Shown: piece by piece, positions 1 to 7,927 of the stretch
Position numbering within the stretch: position 1 is the first letter of the stretch
Layout of the letters: the number at the start of each line of letters is the position of its first letter
The notes under the pieces: model-generated
What the model was told of the DNA's origin: nothing
What the model saw: only the letters and a program-made list of their open reading frames with translations
Databases searched by the model: none
Assembly: GCA_045105515.1 (NCBI GenBank)
Contig: JBGCDR010000439.1
Location: 1 to 29,936 of the forward strand
DNA length: 29,936 nt
Reading direction: 5' to 3'
Source of the DNA: Oligoflexales bacterium
GTDB lineage: Bacteria; Bdellovibrionota_B; Oligoflexia; Oligoflexales; Bog-1112
Position numbers and translations under genes: made by a program

Positions 1-2
1 TT

Positions 3-125
3 AACAGTATTAATAACGATTATCCAATGTTTATTGATTATCGCTCCAGAATATATTTAGGGACCAAACTACTTTTTAAGTCCATAGAGGGCAAATTTAG
101 AGAAAAAAATTATTCAAATCAATAA
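3..125 (+). CDS. Possible 3' end of a CDS entering from the left edge
   Basis: Frame open from position 3 to TAA at 123-125 (NSINNDYPMFIDYRSRIYLGTKLLFKSIEGKFREKNYSNQ*); no recognisable motif. Confidence 0.3.
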   Translation, partial: NSINNDYPMFIDYRSRIYLGTKLLFKSIEGKFREKNYSNQ

Positions 126-341
126 TTTCCAATAAAATAAGGATATTTCACAAATCACAAAGATGAGTCGTCTATTGTTCCGATTTATTTTCATGATTTA
201 CAAAAAGAAAGGTTAATATTTTGTTAAATAGAAAATTGGACAGCAATTTTAAGGAGATTTTAAGTAATTTCGCGGTAACTTCTGGCTATTTCATTACTCT
301 CGTAACCAAAAAAGTCGACCAATCTTTCCCTCCTACTGCCC

Positions 342-1475
342 TGTGACTCTTCATATTCCAAGTTTCCTGCAGGTAAGAAATTTTCCATGTGGAATTTGAT
401 TGAAATAACCCTCAATATCTTGGTTTTGTTCTTAAGGCTTTTAAAGCCTAACGGATATAAAAAAATATTAGCTGAGAATGTGGCTTTAAGGCAACAGCTG
501 CTTGTCGTATCAAGAAAGTATAAGAAAGCTCCAAACCTAAAAACATCTGACAGGCTAATATTTTCTTTCTTAGCTCAATTTCTGCCAAGAAATCGATTAA
601 GAAAGGTTGCTATTATTGTCAGCCCTTCAACAATTCTTAGATTTCATCGGGCTCTAGTTAAAAAAAAGTATCAAATATTGTTTACGGCTAGCAACCCAAA
701 GAAAAGAGGTCCAAAAGGCTTTGGTAAAGACATTATTGATCTAATAATAGAGATTAAAAAGAGAAATCTAAGCTTTGGATGCCCCAGAATTGCCATGATG
801 GTAACAAACGCCACCGGAACCCGGATCAGTGAGCATACAGTCAGGAGAATTTTAAGACGATATTTTAAACCGAATGGTGGAGGTCCATCTTGGTTAACCT
901 TTTTAGCTTCCCAAAAAGATAGTCTGTGGTCGCTTGATTTTTTCCGAGTAGATTCTATAGCACTGAAATCATATTGGGTTATGATAGTGACAGACCAATT
1001 TTCAAGAGAAATAGTAGGGATAAGAACTTTAGGAAAAGTTATTCAAGGATCTAGAGTTTGTCATAGCTTTAATAATTTGATTTCCGAAATAGGTAGACAA
1101 CCAAAATATTTATCAACAGACAATGATCCAGTGTTCAACTTTCATCTTTGGCAGATCAACATTGAAATGATGAATATTGAGCAAGTCAATAGTATTCCAG
1201 GTGTACCAACTTCTCATCCTTTTATTGAGAGATGTATTGGGAGTACTCGCAGGGAGTTTTTAGATAACACACTTTTTTGGTCCCAAAATGACTTGGATGC
1301 GAAGTTAAAGCAGTTTCAGAAATATTTCAATGAATCTAGACCTCATTATGCTTTAGGCGGACTAACGCCAAATGGAAAAATTTGGAAACATGGTAACTGC
1401 TTTCAGTTTAAAAACTATTGCAATGGCTTGTTTTCAGTTCCCATGGCAGGTTGACTTGAGTTATGAAGAGTCACA
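342..1475 (+). mobile_element. Insertion sequence, IS481-like (TGT...ACA ends), 1134 bp
   Basis: Terminal inverted repeats TGTGACTCTTCATAttcCAAGT (342-363) and its near reverse complement ending at 1475 (first 14 bp perfect, 19/22 overall) enclose one DDE transposase; no target duplication visible. Confidence 0.85.
387..1454 (+). CDS. DDE transposase (integrase core/rve domain)
   Basis: HTH segment (FGCPRIA...ISEHTVRRIL); catalytic WSLDFF, LSTDND, IERCIGSTRREFLD; YFNESRPH motif. Confidence 0.92.
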   Translation: MWNLIEITLNILVLFLRLLKPNGYKKILAENVALRQQLLVVSRKYKKAPNLKTSDRLIFSFLAQFLPRNRLRKVAIIVSPSTILRFHRALVKKKYQILFTASNPKKRGPKGFGKDIIDLIIEIKKRNLSFGCPRIAMMVTNATGTRISEHTVRRILRRYFKPNGGGPSWLTFLASQKDSLWSLDFFRVDSIALKSYWVMIVTDQFSREIVGIRTLGKVIQGSRVCHSFNNLISEIGRQPKYLSTDNDPVFNFHLWQINIEMMNIEQVNSIPGVPTSHPFIERCIGSTRREFLDNTLFWSQNDLDAKLKQFQKYFNESRPHYALGGLTPNGKIWKHGNCFQFKNYCNGLFSVPMAG

Positions 1476-1632
1476 CGATTCCAGCAATAATTAAATATCT
1501 CATATGAATTCCTTTCTTGTTCAAAGTTGTCCACTAGTTAGCCAGATTATAATTCTTGTTGCGGAGCTCCCCCAGACATCTAAAGCCAATAGAGAATATG
1601 GGAACTCAATCGAACCTTCAAAATAAAAAAAC

Positions 1633-1767
1633 TTAGGTTCTTTTAGATAAACTCCAATTAACGCTTCGACATGTTTTAACCAGCATTATTGTGCAAATAG
1701 ATGCAATAAATGACCACTTCATTATGCTAAGCATTTTTTGTCTTGATTGATTACTCGGTTTTTTCAT
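1633..1767 (-). CDS. Small (44 aa) putative membrane protein, not in the ORF track
   Basis: AAGGAG RBS then MKKPSNQSRQKMLSIMKWSFIASICTIMLVKTCRSVNWSLSKRT*; one hydrophobic stretch; directly follows 1792-2037. Confidence 0.55.
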   Translation of the reverse strand: MKKPSNQSRQKMLSIMKWSFIASICTIMLVKTCRSVNWSLSKRT

Positions 1768-1791
1768 ATCTCGTCTCCTTTTAAAGCATTA

Positions 1792-2037
1792 TTAGTAAGC
1801 TAAATCCCCAAAAACTTTATATCTCTTAACAACCCTTTCAATTTGATGGACTGAAGAGTATTTCCTTCCTACAAATCGCTGCCAATGCTTGGGTTTAATA
1901 AAGACACTATATTTTCCACAAGCCATCTTAAATGCAACACGAACATGACTAGGCTGAAGAAGATTCTCACAAGAATCTTCATAATCACAAGATACCTGGT
2001 CAATGTCGTTGTCTGTTTTTATCATCACTAAGCTCAT
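1792..2037 (-). CDS. Hypothetical protein (81 aa)
   Basis: AAGGAGG RBS before ATG at 2037 (preferred over TTG 2052); divergent from the WYL gene. Confidence 0.7.
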   Translation of the reverse strand: MSLVMIKTDNDIDQVSCDYEDSCENLLQPSHVRVAFKMACGKYSVFIKPKHWQRFVGRKYSSVHQIERVVKRYKVFGDLAY

Positions 2038-2066
2038 ACCTACCTCCTTCAAAAAAGTTATATAGT

Positions 2067-2100
2067 TTATCGAGCCAAGCTATGACAGATGGGGACATAG
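2067..2100 (-). promoter_or_regulatory. Putative WYL operator 1 plus -10-like box for the small-ORF operon
   Basis: CTATGAC-AGATGGG-GACATAG near-palindrome (2080-2100); on the minus strand TGTCA-N8-CTCGATAA. Confidence 0.6.
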
Positions 2101-2130
2101 TATAAGCGTCATTAAATCAACCAGTTAAGT

Positions 2131-2163
2131 TGAGACCCCAGATGTCATGAAGGCTACCGAGAT
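2131..2163 (+). promoter_or_regulatory. Putative WYL operator 2 (autoregulatory) plus -10-like box
   Basis: GAGAC-CCCAGAT-GTCAT; TGTCA-N8-ACCGAGAT. Confidence 0.55.
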
Positions 2164-2180
2164 GATCTTAAGTAGACAGC

Positions 2181-2207
2181 TAAACTGCTGTAAATATATG
2201 CCGATGA
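2181..2207 (+). promoter_or_regulatory. Sigma28 (FliA)-type promoter upstream of the WYL gene
   Basis: TAAA-N15-GCCGATGA, one mismatch from TAAA-N15-GCCGATAA; followed by AGGAGG RBS and ATG 2229. Confidence 0.6.
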
Positions 2208-2228
2208 TCTGAACTAGGAGGATTTACA

Positions 2229-3242
2229 ATGAAGGGTCGTAACGCACAAGTTTCACGAATCTATAAGATTCTAAATATATTGGAGGGAGCTCCACACGGT
2301 CTTTCAGTTACAGACCTCCACGAACGCTTGCATGATCGAGGTTTTGAAGTGGAGAAGAGAACAGTGTACCGCGACCTCGATGCTCTCAAGGCTGCAGGAT
2401 TTCCCTTAAATGAAAAAGGAACTGATGATGTCAATGGAACTCGCTGGACTTTGGAAAAAACAACCAAGGTAAGCCATTATCTGGTTTTAGACTCCAGAGA
2501 ATTAGTAGCCTTGTATTTAGCAAGAGGGATGTTAGCTCCACTTAGGGATACTCCTTTTTTTACAGATTTAACTTCTGCTTTTGGCAAGATCGATGAAAAG
2601 CTAACTCGCAAAGGACAAGATTTCTTGAATGAAGTATCAAATGAATTCTACTTTGAACCCGGCCCTAAATGGGGATTAGGCTTGAATCCAGACGTTATCG
2701 ATACGGTACGAGCAGCATGCACCGAACGGCAAAAATTAAAGGTTAACTATACATCTAGTAACAGCCAATCTACCACGGACAGAATATTGGGACCCCAATT
2801 TCTTTATTTTTCAAAGGGATCTCTATACTTAGTTGCTGAAGATATAAGTGTTGGAAAAAATAAGATCTTCAGCCTCCCGAGAATGAATCAGGCCGAAATG
2901 CTTGATGAGCCGTATGAAGGCGAGGTCGTCGACCCTGAAAATTATTTTGATAGTGCTTTTGGGATTTATCATGCTTCAAACACGGAGCAAATAAAATTAG
3001 AATTTTCTCCCCCTATATCAGCTTTTATAAGCGAAAGAAGATGGCATCGCTCGCAGCGAGTAATTTCTCGCCAAAATGGGCTCATTGAAATGCATCTCGA
3101 GGTTGGAATAACGCCAGAGCTTATCCAATGGATTCTTAGCTATGGACCTGCTGTGAAGGTCTTAGAGCCAAGCTCACTCCAAAATCAGGTTCAAAACCAA
3201 ATTCAAAAAACACTCGAAATATATAGTAGCAAAGCATCTTAA
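2229..3242 (+). CDS. WYL domain transcriptional regulator (wHTH-WYL-WCX, PafC/DriD/YafY-like)
   Basis: N-terminal wHTH (KRTVYRDLDALKAAGFPL); WYL core (RILGPQFL...SLYLVAED...KIFSLPRM); WCX tail (WHRSQR...LIQWILSYGPAVKVLEPSSL). Confidence 0.95.
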   Translation: MKGRNAQVSRIYKILNILEGAPHGLSVTDLHERLHDRGFEVEKRTVYRDLDALKAAGFPLNEKGTDDVNGTRWTLEKTTKVSHYLVLDSRELVALYLARGMLAPLRDTPFFTDLTSAFGKIDEKLTRKGQDFLNEVSNEFYFEPGPKWGLGLNPDVIDTVRAACTERQKLKVNYTSSNSQSTTDRILGPQFLYFSKGSLYLVAEDISVGKNKIFSLPRMNQAEMLDEPYEGEVVDPENYFDSAFGIYHASNTEQIKLEFSPPISAFISERRWHRSQRVISRQNGLIEMHLEVGITPELIQWILSYGPAVKVLEPSSLQNQVQNQIQKTLEIYSSKAS

Positions 3243-3365
3243 CGGTGAATTTTTCCATAAACTCGATGTAGCGTTATTTATACTCGATTTTTTCTCCCCA
3301 AGCATATGTAAATACATGCAATTTAAATCAAGCTCTCATCTTATTAAATTCAGGAAACCAATAAA

Positions 3366-3674
3366 TTATAGACGAGCTGCAATCCAATTAAGAAATGGCT
3401 TTGGTAGGTTTAACTCACACGCCTTATCATAAACATCGAAACTACTAGCTAGCAAATATTTCTCATCAAACCAATCGAAACGCTGCTTTTCACTTGCCTC
3501 CACAAAGACTTCATTATTAGCAATCACATACAGCTTCAGGCAACATGAGTTTTCAGATCGTTCAACTCTCAACTGATGCTTTTCATTTAATGCAATATAC
3601 TCATAATAGTAAAATATTTGATATGGTGATGATGTTTTTTCAATGACAAGGAGAAATTTATCCGCCCGGGTCAT
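3366..3674 (-). CDS. Hypothetical protein, last gene of the MoxR-VWA operon
   Basis: 4-bp overlap with the upstream VWA gene (translational coupling); 102 aa. Confidence 0.7.
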   Translation of the reverse strand: MTRADKFLLVIEKTSSPYQIFYYYEYIALNEKHQLRVERSENSCCLKLYVIANNEVFVEASEKQRFDWFDEKYLLASSFDVYDKACELNLPKPFLNWIAARL

Positions 3675-5128
3675 AACTTAGCCTGCCCATAGGTCTGTTC
3701 ATCGATTAGTTTGGGAAGATTAATCACAACTAAGTTGACTCGCTTATCGTCCAAAGCTTCCTCAAGACCATAAACTTCTTCATCAGTACAATAATAGATG
3801 GTAAGGGGTTCCTTGGGAGTCTCTCCTCCATAGACGGATTCAAGCAGCAGGCTATTATGCTCCACAGTCCAGGCAGTTCCACCGCATCCCATCAAGGTTA
3901 CGGAACCTGAAGCTATGTTTTCAATTGGATATATCTCGACATCGCAGCAAAATGCCTGATCGATAAGTTTTCTTTTCTTCATATGAAATGCCAAACTTGC
4001 CATGTTTTCCATAATCAAAGGCATCCACATAGAACCTGAAGTATCCACAACTAAAACTGATGATTGTTTTTTGTCGGTGCCACGGCTTCTCATACGCCCT
4101 GGAGCATCGGTGACAAAGTTGTGAGGTTTATGATAAGTACGGCGTCTCTTGTAGGCCTTTTTCTGGGAGCTCGTAATTGTTTTTTTAACAATCTCTAGAA
4201 TCTTCTGAATAGATTGATTCACCTGCTTGCGAGCTTGGTGGGTCTCGGTTAATTCATCTCCTTCTAAACAAGGATCGTCCGATTCAGCAAAATCCGTCTG
4301 AGCTTCGATCATCCTCTTGCTTTCGCCTTCAGCACGCATAAGGCAGCGATCTATTTCTACAAGCTCATGATCCTCGAATAAATGCTCTGCCGGACTAGAA
4401 CCAGCTATTTTTCTTAGAATTTGCCGATCTACAATTAATTGAGCTAATTGAGGCTCTTTTCTGATGCGTTGCGCTAGTGATCTTATCATAGAGCGAGCGT
4501 AGTAGACCCAATCCAGACCGCGTTCCAAAGGAGTTCCGACTACCTTCTCTAAAAAATCGACCGTTACCGGCCCTAGATCTGCAGCATTTTCATCCGACTC
4601 TTGTGCTCCTTCATCATGAATCTGCATCAATTTCCCGGCTCTTTCAAAAATATCCACATCAAAAAACTTTTTAATGTCCTCATGAATAGCTGCATCTGCA
4701 GCTAAATTAAAAATATGATGCTTGTATTCTAAGTCAGAATGAATGTCTTTGATGCCGTATTTGCTGGCTATATCTGCAGGCAGAATCTCTAACAATGCAC
4801 CTACCAGGGGTTTGCAATTTACAAATTTAGACCAGTCATAGCTTGCGCGAACTTGAGTCAGATGTCTAAGCTCATGCATCAATAGAAAGTAGCAAACTTG
4901 TGGGTCCTGTTTGAAATGATTTACCACTACTGGATGAAGGTAGATAGTGATTTGCTCGCGAGTGTATATAGCAGCCAAACCATCTAATTCAGTTGAAATA
5001 ACGACTCTTACTTGTGAAAAAGTTGCTAAGGTCACAAACATCCGTTTTACAGCTAGCCAAGTAGCAAAACCCCCTCTAAGAGCCAAAAGTTCATTGCTGA
5101 GGTTTTGAGATAAAAAGCTCATACTCAC
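3671..5128 (-). CDS. HExxH metallopeptidase-like plus VWA domain protein (DUF2201-like)
   Basis: LMHELRHL zincin motif and downstream NLAADAAI; C-terminal MIDAS LVVDTSGSM, GCGGT, YCTD. Confidence 0.85.
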   Translation of the reverse strand: MSMSFLSQNLSNELLALRGGFATWLAVKRMFVTLATFSQVRVVISTELDGLAAIYTREQITIYLHPVVVNHFKQDPQVCYFLLMHELRHLTQVRASYDWSKFVNCKPLVGALLEILPADIASKYGIKDIHSDLEYKHHIFNLAADAAIHEDIKKFFDVDIFERAGKLMQIHDEGAQESDENAADLGPVTVDFLEKVVGTPLERGLDWVYYARSMIRSLAQRIRKEPQLAQLIVDRQILRKIAGSSPAEHLFEDHELVEIDRCLMRAEGESKRMIEAQTDFAESDDPCLEGDELTETHQARKQVNQSIQKILEIVKKTITSSQKKAYKRRRTYHKPHNFVTDAPGRMRSRGTDKKQSSVLVVDTSGSMWMPLIMENMASLAFHMKKRKLIDQAFCCDVEIYPIENIASGSVTLMGCGGTAWTVEHNSLLLESVYGGETPKEPLTIYYCTDEEVYGLEEALDDKRVNLVVINLPKLIDEQTYGQAKL

Positions 5129-6207
5129 CTCGGCACCAACTTACCAATACGAATTGCATACCATTGCCATGGCTTTCCAGGGACTTCGATCGGCTTAGGA
5201 TCACCTCCTTGCCGGTTACTTAAGTTAAACAAACTCCCATCCAGGCGCCTTGGAATATTGGGGTAGGAAAAACTAAAGCCATGGACTTGCAGGGCTCGAC
5301 ACACCTCCGGGGAAGCAAATTCAAGTAGATAGTTGGCGATGTAGGGTAAGCGGCCCCCAGAGAGCATCTGATGGCAGAGAAAGTTAACAACCTCTAACAC
5401 ACCCCCCTGATGCTCAGCTTGGGCTATTCGGCTCAATTCTTGGCTATTGATGGCATCAGGTAACATCTTTGCCTTACCTGAGAGGTACATTTCAATTTTA
5501 ATGGCAAGTTCAGTGCCTTTCTCAATGCCGATGCGGCCCCGGCAAACTGCCATTAGGTTATCTCCACTTAAACCAGTTTCAGCAATCGTAGCGCAGGCAT
5601 CGATCTGCCGCGGACAGGGCTTAAGCAGATCATGAATGGGGTAATTTGCTGGCTCTTGTAAGAGTTCAGTATCATGTTCTAACATTTTTCGAGCTAGGCT
5701 ACTGCGCATGTTATCTATAGATTCTTCTGGAGATGGTGCATGGATTAAATGGGTTAAACGTTGCATCACTGCATCTGGCATATCCCTCACTCCATGATCC
5801 TCCTCTGCAAAATTTGAAGCAGCTATAATCAATACATGCTTGGGAATTTTATATCCAAATACACAACGGTCTAGAAGGAGCTCAGTTAGAATATTAAAGG
5901 TTTCCTCACTTGCACGCGTCAGTTCATCCAAGAACAAGATAGTCCTTCTTTTAGTCATGAAAATCTTATGCAGGATTTCAGAGGGATAAAACTGCACGAA
6001 ACCTTTTTGACTGATTGCTTGAGTTGACGGAATAAAAAGTGCCAAGGGATCGAGGTATTGCGCATGCACCGTCATAAGCTCGAAACTTTTATGATCTGCG
6101 AAGGCCTTTACAATACTTGTTTTTCCATATCCACTCGATCCCCATAACATAAGAGATTGCTGTGTCTTATAGTGAGCTAAAAAAATCTTGTTATAATCCA
6201 AAGCCAT
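5125..6207 (-). CDS. MoxR-like AAA+ ATPase
   Basis: Walker A GSSGYGKT, Walker B ILFLDE, sensor-1 IIAASN, arginine finger PDAVMQRL; overlaps the VWA gene by 4 bp. Confidence 0.92.
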   Translation of the reverse strand: MALDYNKIFLAHYKTQQSLMLWGSSGYGKTSIVKAFADHKSFELMTVHAQYLDPLALFIPSTQAISQKGFVQFYPSEILHKIFMTKRRTILFLDELTRASEETFNILTELLLDRCVFGYKIPKHVLIIAASNFAEEDHGVRDMPDAVMQRLTHLIHAPSPEESIDNMRSSLARKMLEHDTELLQEPANYPIHDLLKPCPRQIDACATIAETGLSGDNLMAVCRGRIGIEKGTELAIKIEMYLSGKAKMLPDAINSQELSRIAQAEHQGGVLEVVNFLCHQMLSGGRLPYIANYLLEFASPEVCRALQVHGFSFSYPNIPRRLDGSLFNLSNRQGGDPKPIEVPGKPWQWYAIRIGKLVPR

Positions 6208-6268
6208 TTGCAGCTTTCCCCCATTGCTAGAAGGTCTTCAGCACCTCATTTTCTGGTGCTCAGAATAC

Positions 6269-6299
6269 CTATCTGCTCAAGCCTTGACACCTAAGGTCA
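6269..6299 (-). promoter_or_regulatory. Putative WYL operator 3 plus -10-like box for the MoxR-VWA operon
   Basis: TGAC-ACCTAAG-GTCA (6285-6299); on the minus strand TGTCA-N8-GCAGATAG. Confidence 0.6.
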
Positions 6300-6407
6300 G
6301 AGGGTAAACTTGCTAAAGCTTGGAGAGATAAATAAATATATATCCGGCTGTTTTTTATACTATAATCAAGAAAACATGGTTTACGTGGACTGAGATCCAT
6401 CTAGCTT

Positions 6408-6438
6408 TGACCTGAGATGTCAGAGCTGTTTACGTTAA
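6408..6438 (+). promoter_or_regulatory. Putative WYL operator 4 plus -10-like box for the thermonuclease gene
   Basis: TGAC-CTGAGAT-GTCA (6408-6422); TGTCA-N8-TACGTTAA. Confidence 0.6.
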
Positions 6439-6458
6439 TACAAGAAAAGGAGCTTGTT

Positions 6459-6908
6459 ATGAAAGAATTTATAGGTGTGATTTTAGTGTTAATGACATTT
6501 ACCCCATCAGCTAAGGCCATTCCAGCCTGTTCGCACACACCAAGTGAGTTTACTTGTGTAACTTATGTAAGAAACTACGATGCAGACACCATCACTGTTA
6601 ATATTCCAGGGGTTCATCCTCTTATTGGCAATAAAGTTTCTATAAGGGTTGCTGGAATTGACAGCCCCGAGATTAGAACCAAAAACCAATGTGAGAAGCA
6701 GCTTGCTTATGAAGCAAGAGATTTTGTAAAGCAGCAGTTGTTGAAGGCTCAAAGGATAGATCTACATAACTTAGCAAGGGGTAAGTACTTTCGTATTGTT
6801 GCTGATGTACTTATAGATGATGTATCGCTTTCTCAGACCCTGCTAGAACACGGTTATGCCTTTCCCTACGATGGTGGCAAAAAACCGAGTAGAGACTGGT
6901 GTAAGTAG
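6459..6908 (+). CDS. Thermonuclease (SNase family) with signal peptide
   Basis: YDADTI, IRVAGIDSPE, GKYFRIVADV, LLEHGYAFPY motifs; signal peptide MKEFIGVILVLMTFTPSAKA; AAGGAG RBS supports ATG 6459. Confidence 0.92.
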   Translation: MKEFIGVILVLMTFTPSAKAIPACSHTPSEFTCVTYVRNYDADTITVNIPGVHPLIGNKVSIRVAGIDSPEIRTKNQCEKQLAYEARDFVKQQLLKAQRIDLHNLARGKYFRIVADVLIDDVSLSQTLLEHGYAFPYDGGKKPSRDWCK

Positions 6909-7049
6909 CCATGATTTTAGCGGAGGTGCAAAGTAAAATTGTTGACGCCTCATTCAAAAAAGATGTTTTCGATGCTTCTTAGTATTTAGCTACTTTTATT
7001 TAATGAGCTAATAATACTAGATAAAATCGACTTAGCTTAGAGAATTAAG

Positions 7050-7076
7050 CAAAGAATAAAGGGCCACAACCGATAA
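7050..7076 (+). promoter_or_regulatory. Possible sigma28-type promoter
   Basis: CAAA-N15-ACCGATAA upstream of the truncated TM0106-like gene. Confidence 0.35.
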
Positions 7077-7163
7077 GCTGAGCAGCAGGATATGGTCCGA
7101 GAACAAAGATAAAACTACCGGGAAATTAGGCTTTTAAATCAGCGGTAATATTGGGATTGAACT

Positions 7164-7307
7164 ATGTATAAATTAAAAGGAAAATTAGTATTTTCACCCA
7201 CGGATCTAAGTCGCTATTGGGAATCATCCTTTGCGTCTTGGATGGACCGCTACAACCTAGAATTTCCCGACTGTCCTATGCAACCTGACCAAGACCAAAG
7301 GTCTTGA
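7164..7307 (+). pseudogene. 5' fragment of a TM0106-family RecB-like nuclease/helicase
   Basis: MYKLKGKLVFSPTDLSRYWESSFASWMDRYNLEFPD resembles the N-terminus of this family (recognised from memory); stops after 47 aa. Confidence 0.65.
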
Positions 7308-7927
7308 AACTCTTTCAGTTCTAAGTTTTTAGGCACACTTCCAGTTTGCAAACCATGCCAAACCTCCTCAATCGGCCCAGCAATATTATCTTCAATACGC
7401 CTCAGTAGCTTTCGAGTACCAAATTGATAACTTACCAACAGCGAAAATGCCAATAAAATCATTAATAAAAAAAGGTCAGATCGGAAATACTTGGGCTTTA
7501 AGGTTCCCCTTACAAAATACTCTTCGTCATTCCATTGGGTAGGTGCATAAAATTTTACCTTAAAATTGCTACGCCAATCCAAATAACAGTGATCTAGTTG
7601 ATAATGATTCCAGGAAGACTCTGGTTTTTTTTTCGTCACATGTAAATCTTTGACTTCTAATCTAGTACTTAATCGGTCAATGACTTCATTGTGATAGGTT
7701 TGATATCGAGGCATACTGAAGGTTTCTACGAGAATCCTTGAGTTTTCTTTAATATCTGCGCACGTGCGTCTAACCAGGCGCTCTGTAGAGAACTTCATTG
7801 ATAATAAAGCAACTACAATACTGACAATAAGCAGGCTCACACCTGTCCACAGTGCATGCTTCCTGATCTGAGAATGTAGGTAACGGCCTATAGTTGCCGC
7901 ACCGGTTTTATCTTGCCTTTTATCCAT
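7250..7927 (-). pseudogene. Truncated membrane sensor (histidine kinase-like N-terminal half)
   Basis: Two TM helices around a periplasmic domain, then a HAMP-like linker (IAGPIEEV...ELKEFQDLW); no HisKA/HATPase; tail reads into the antisense of the TM0106 fragment. Confidence 0.6.
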
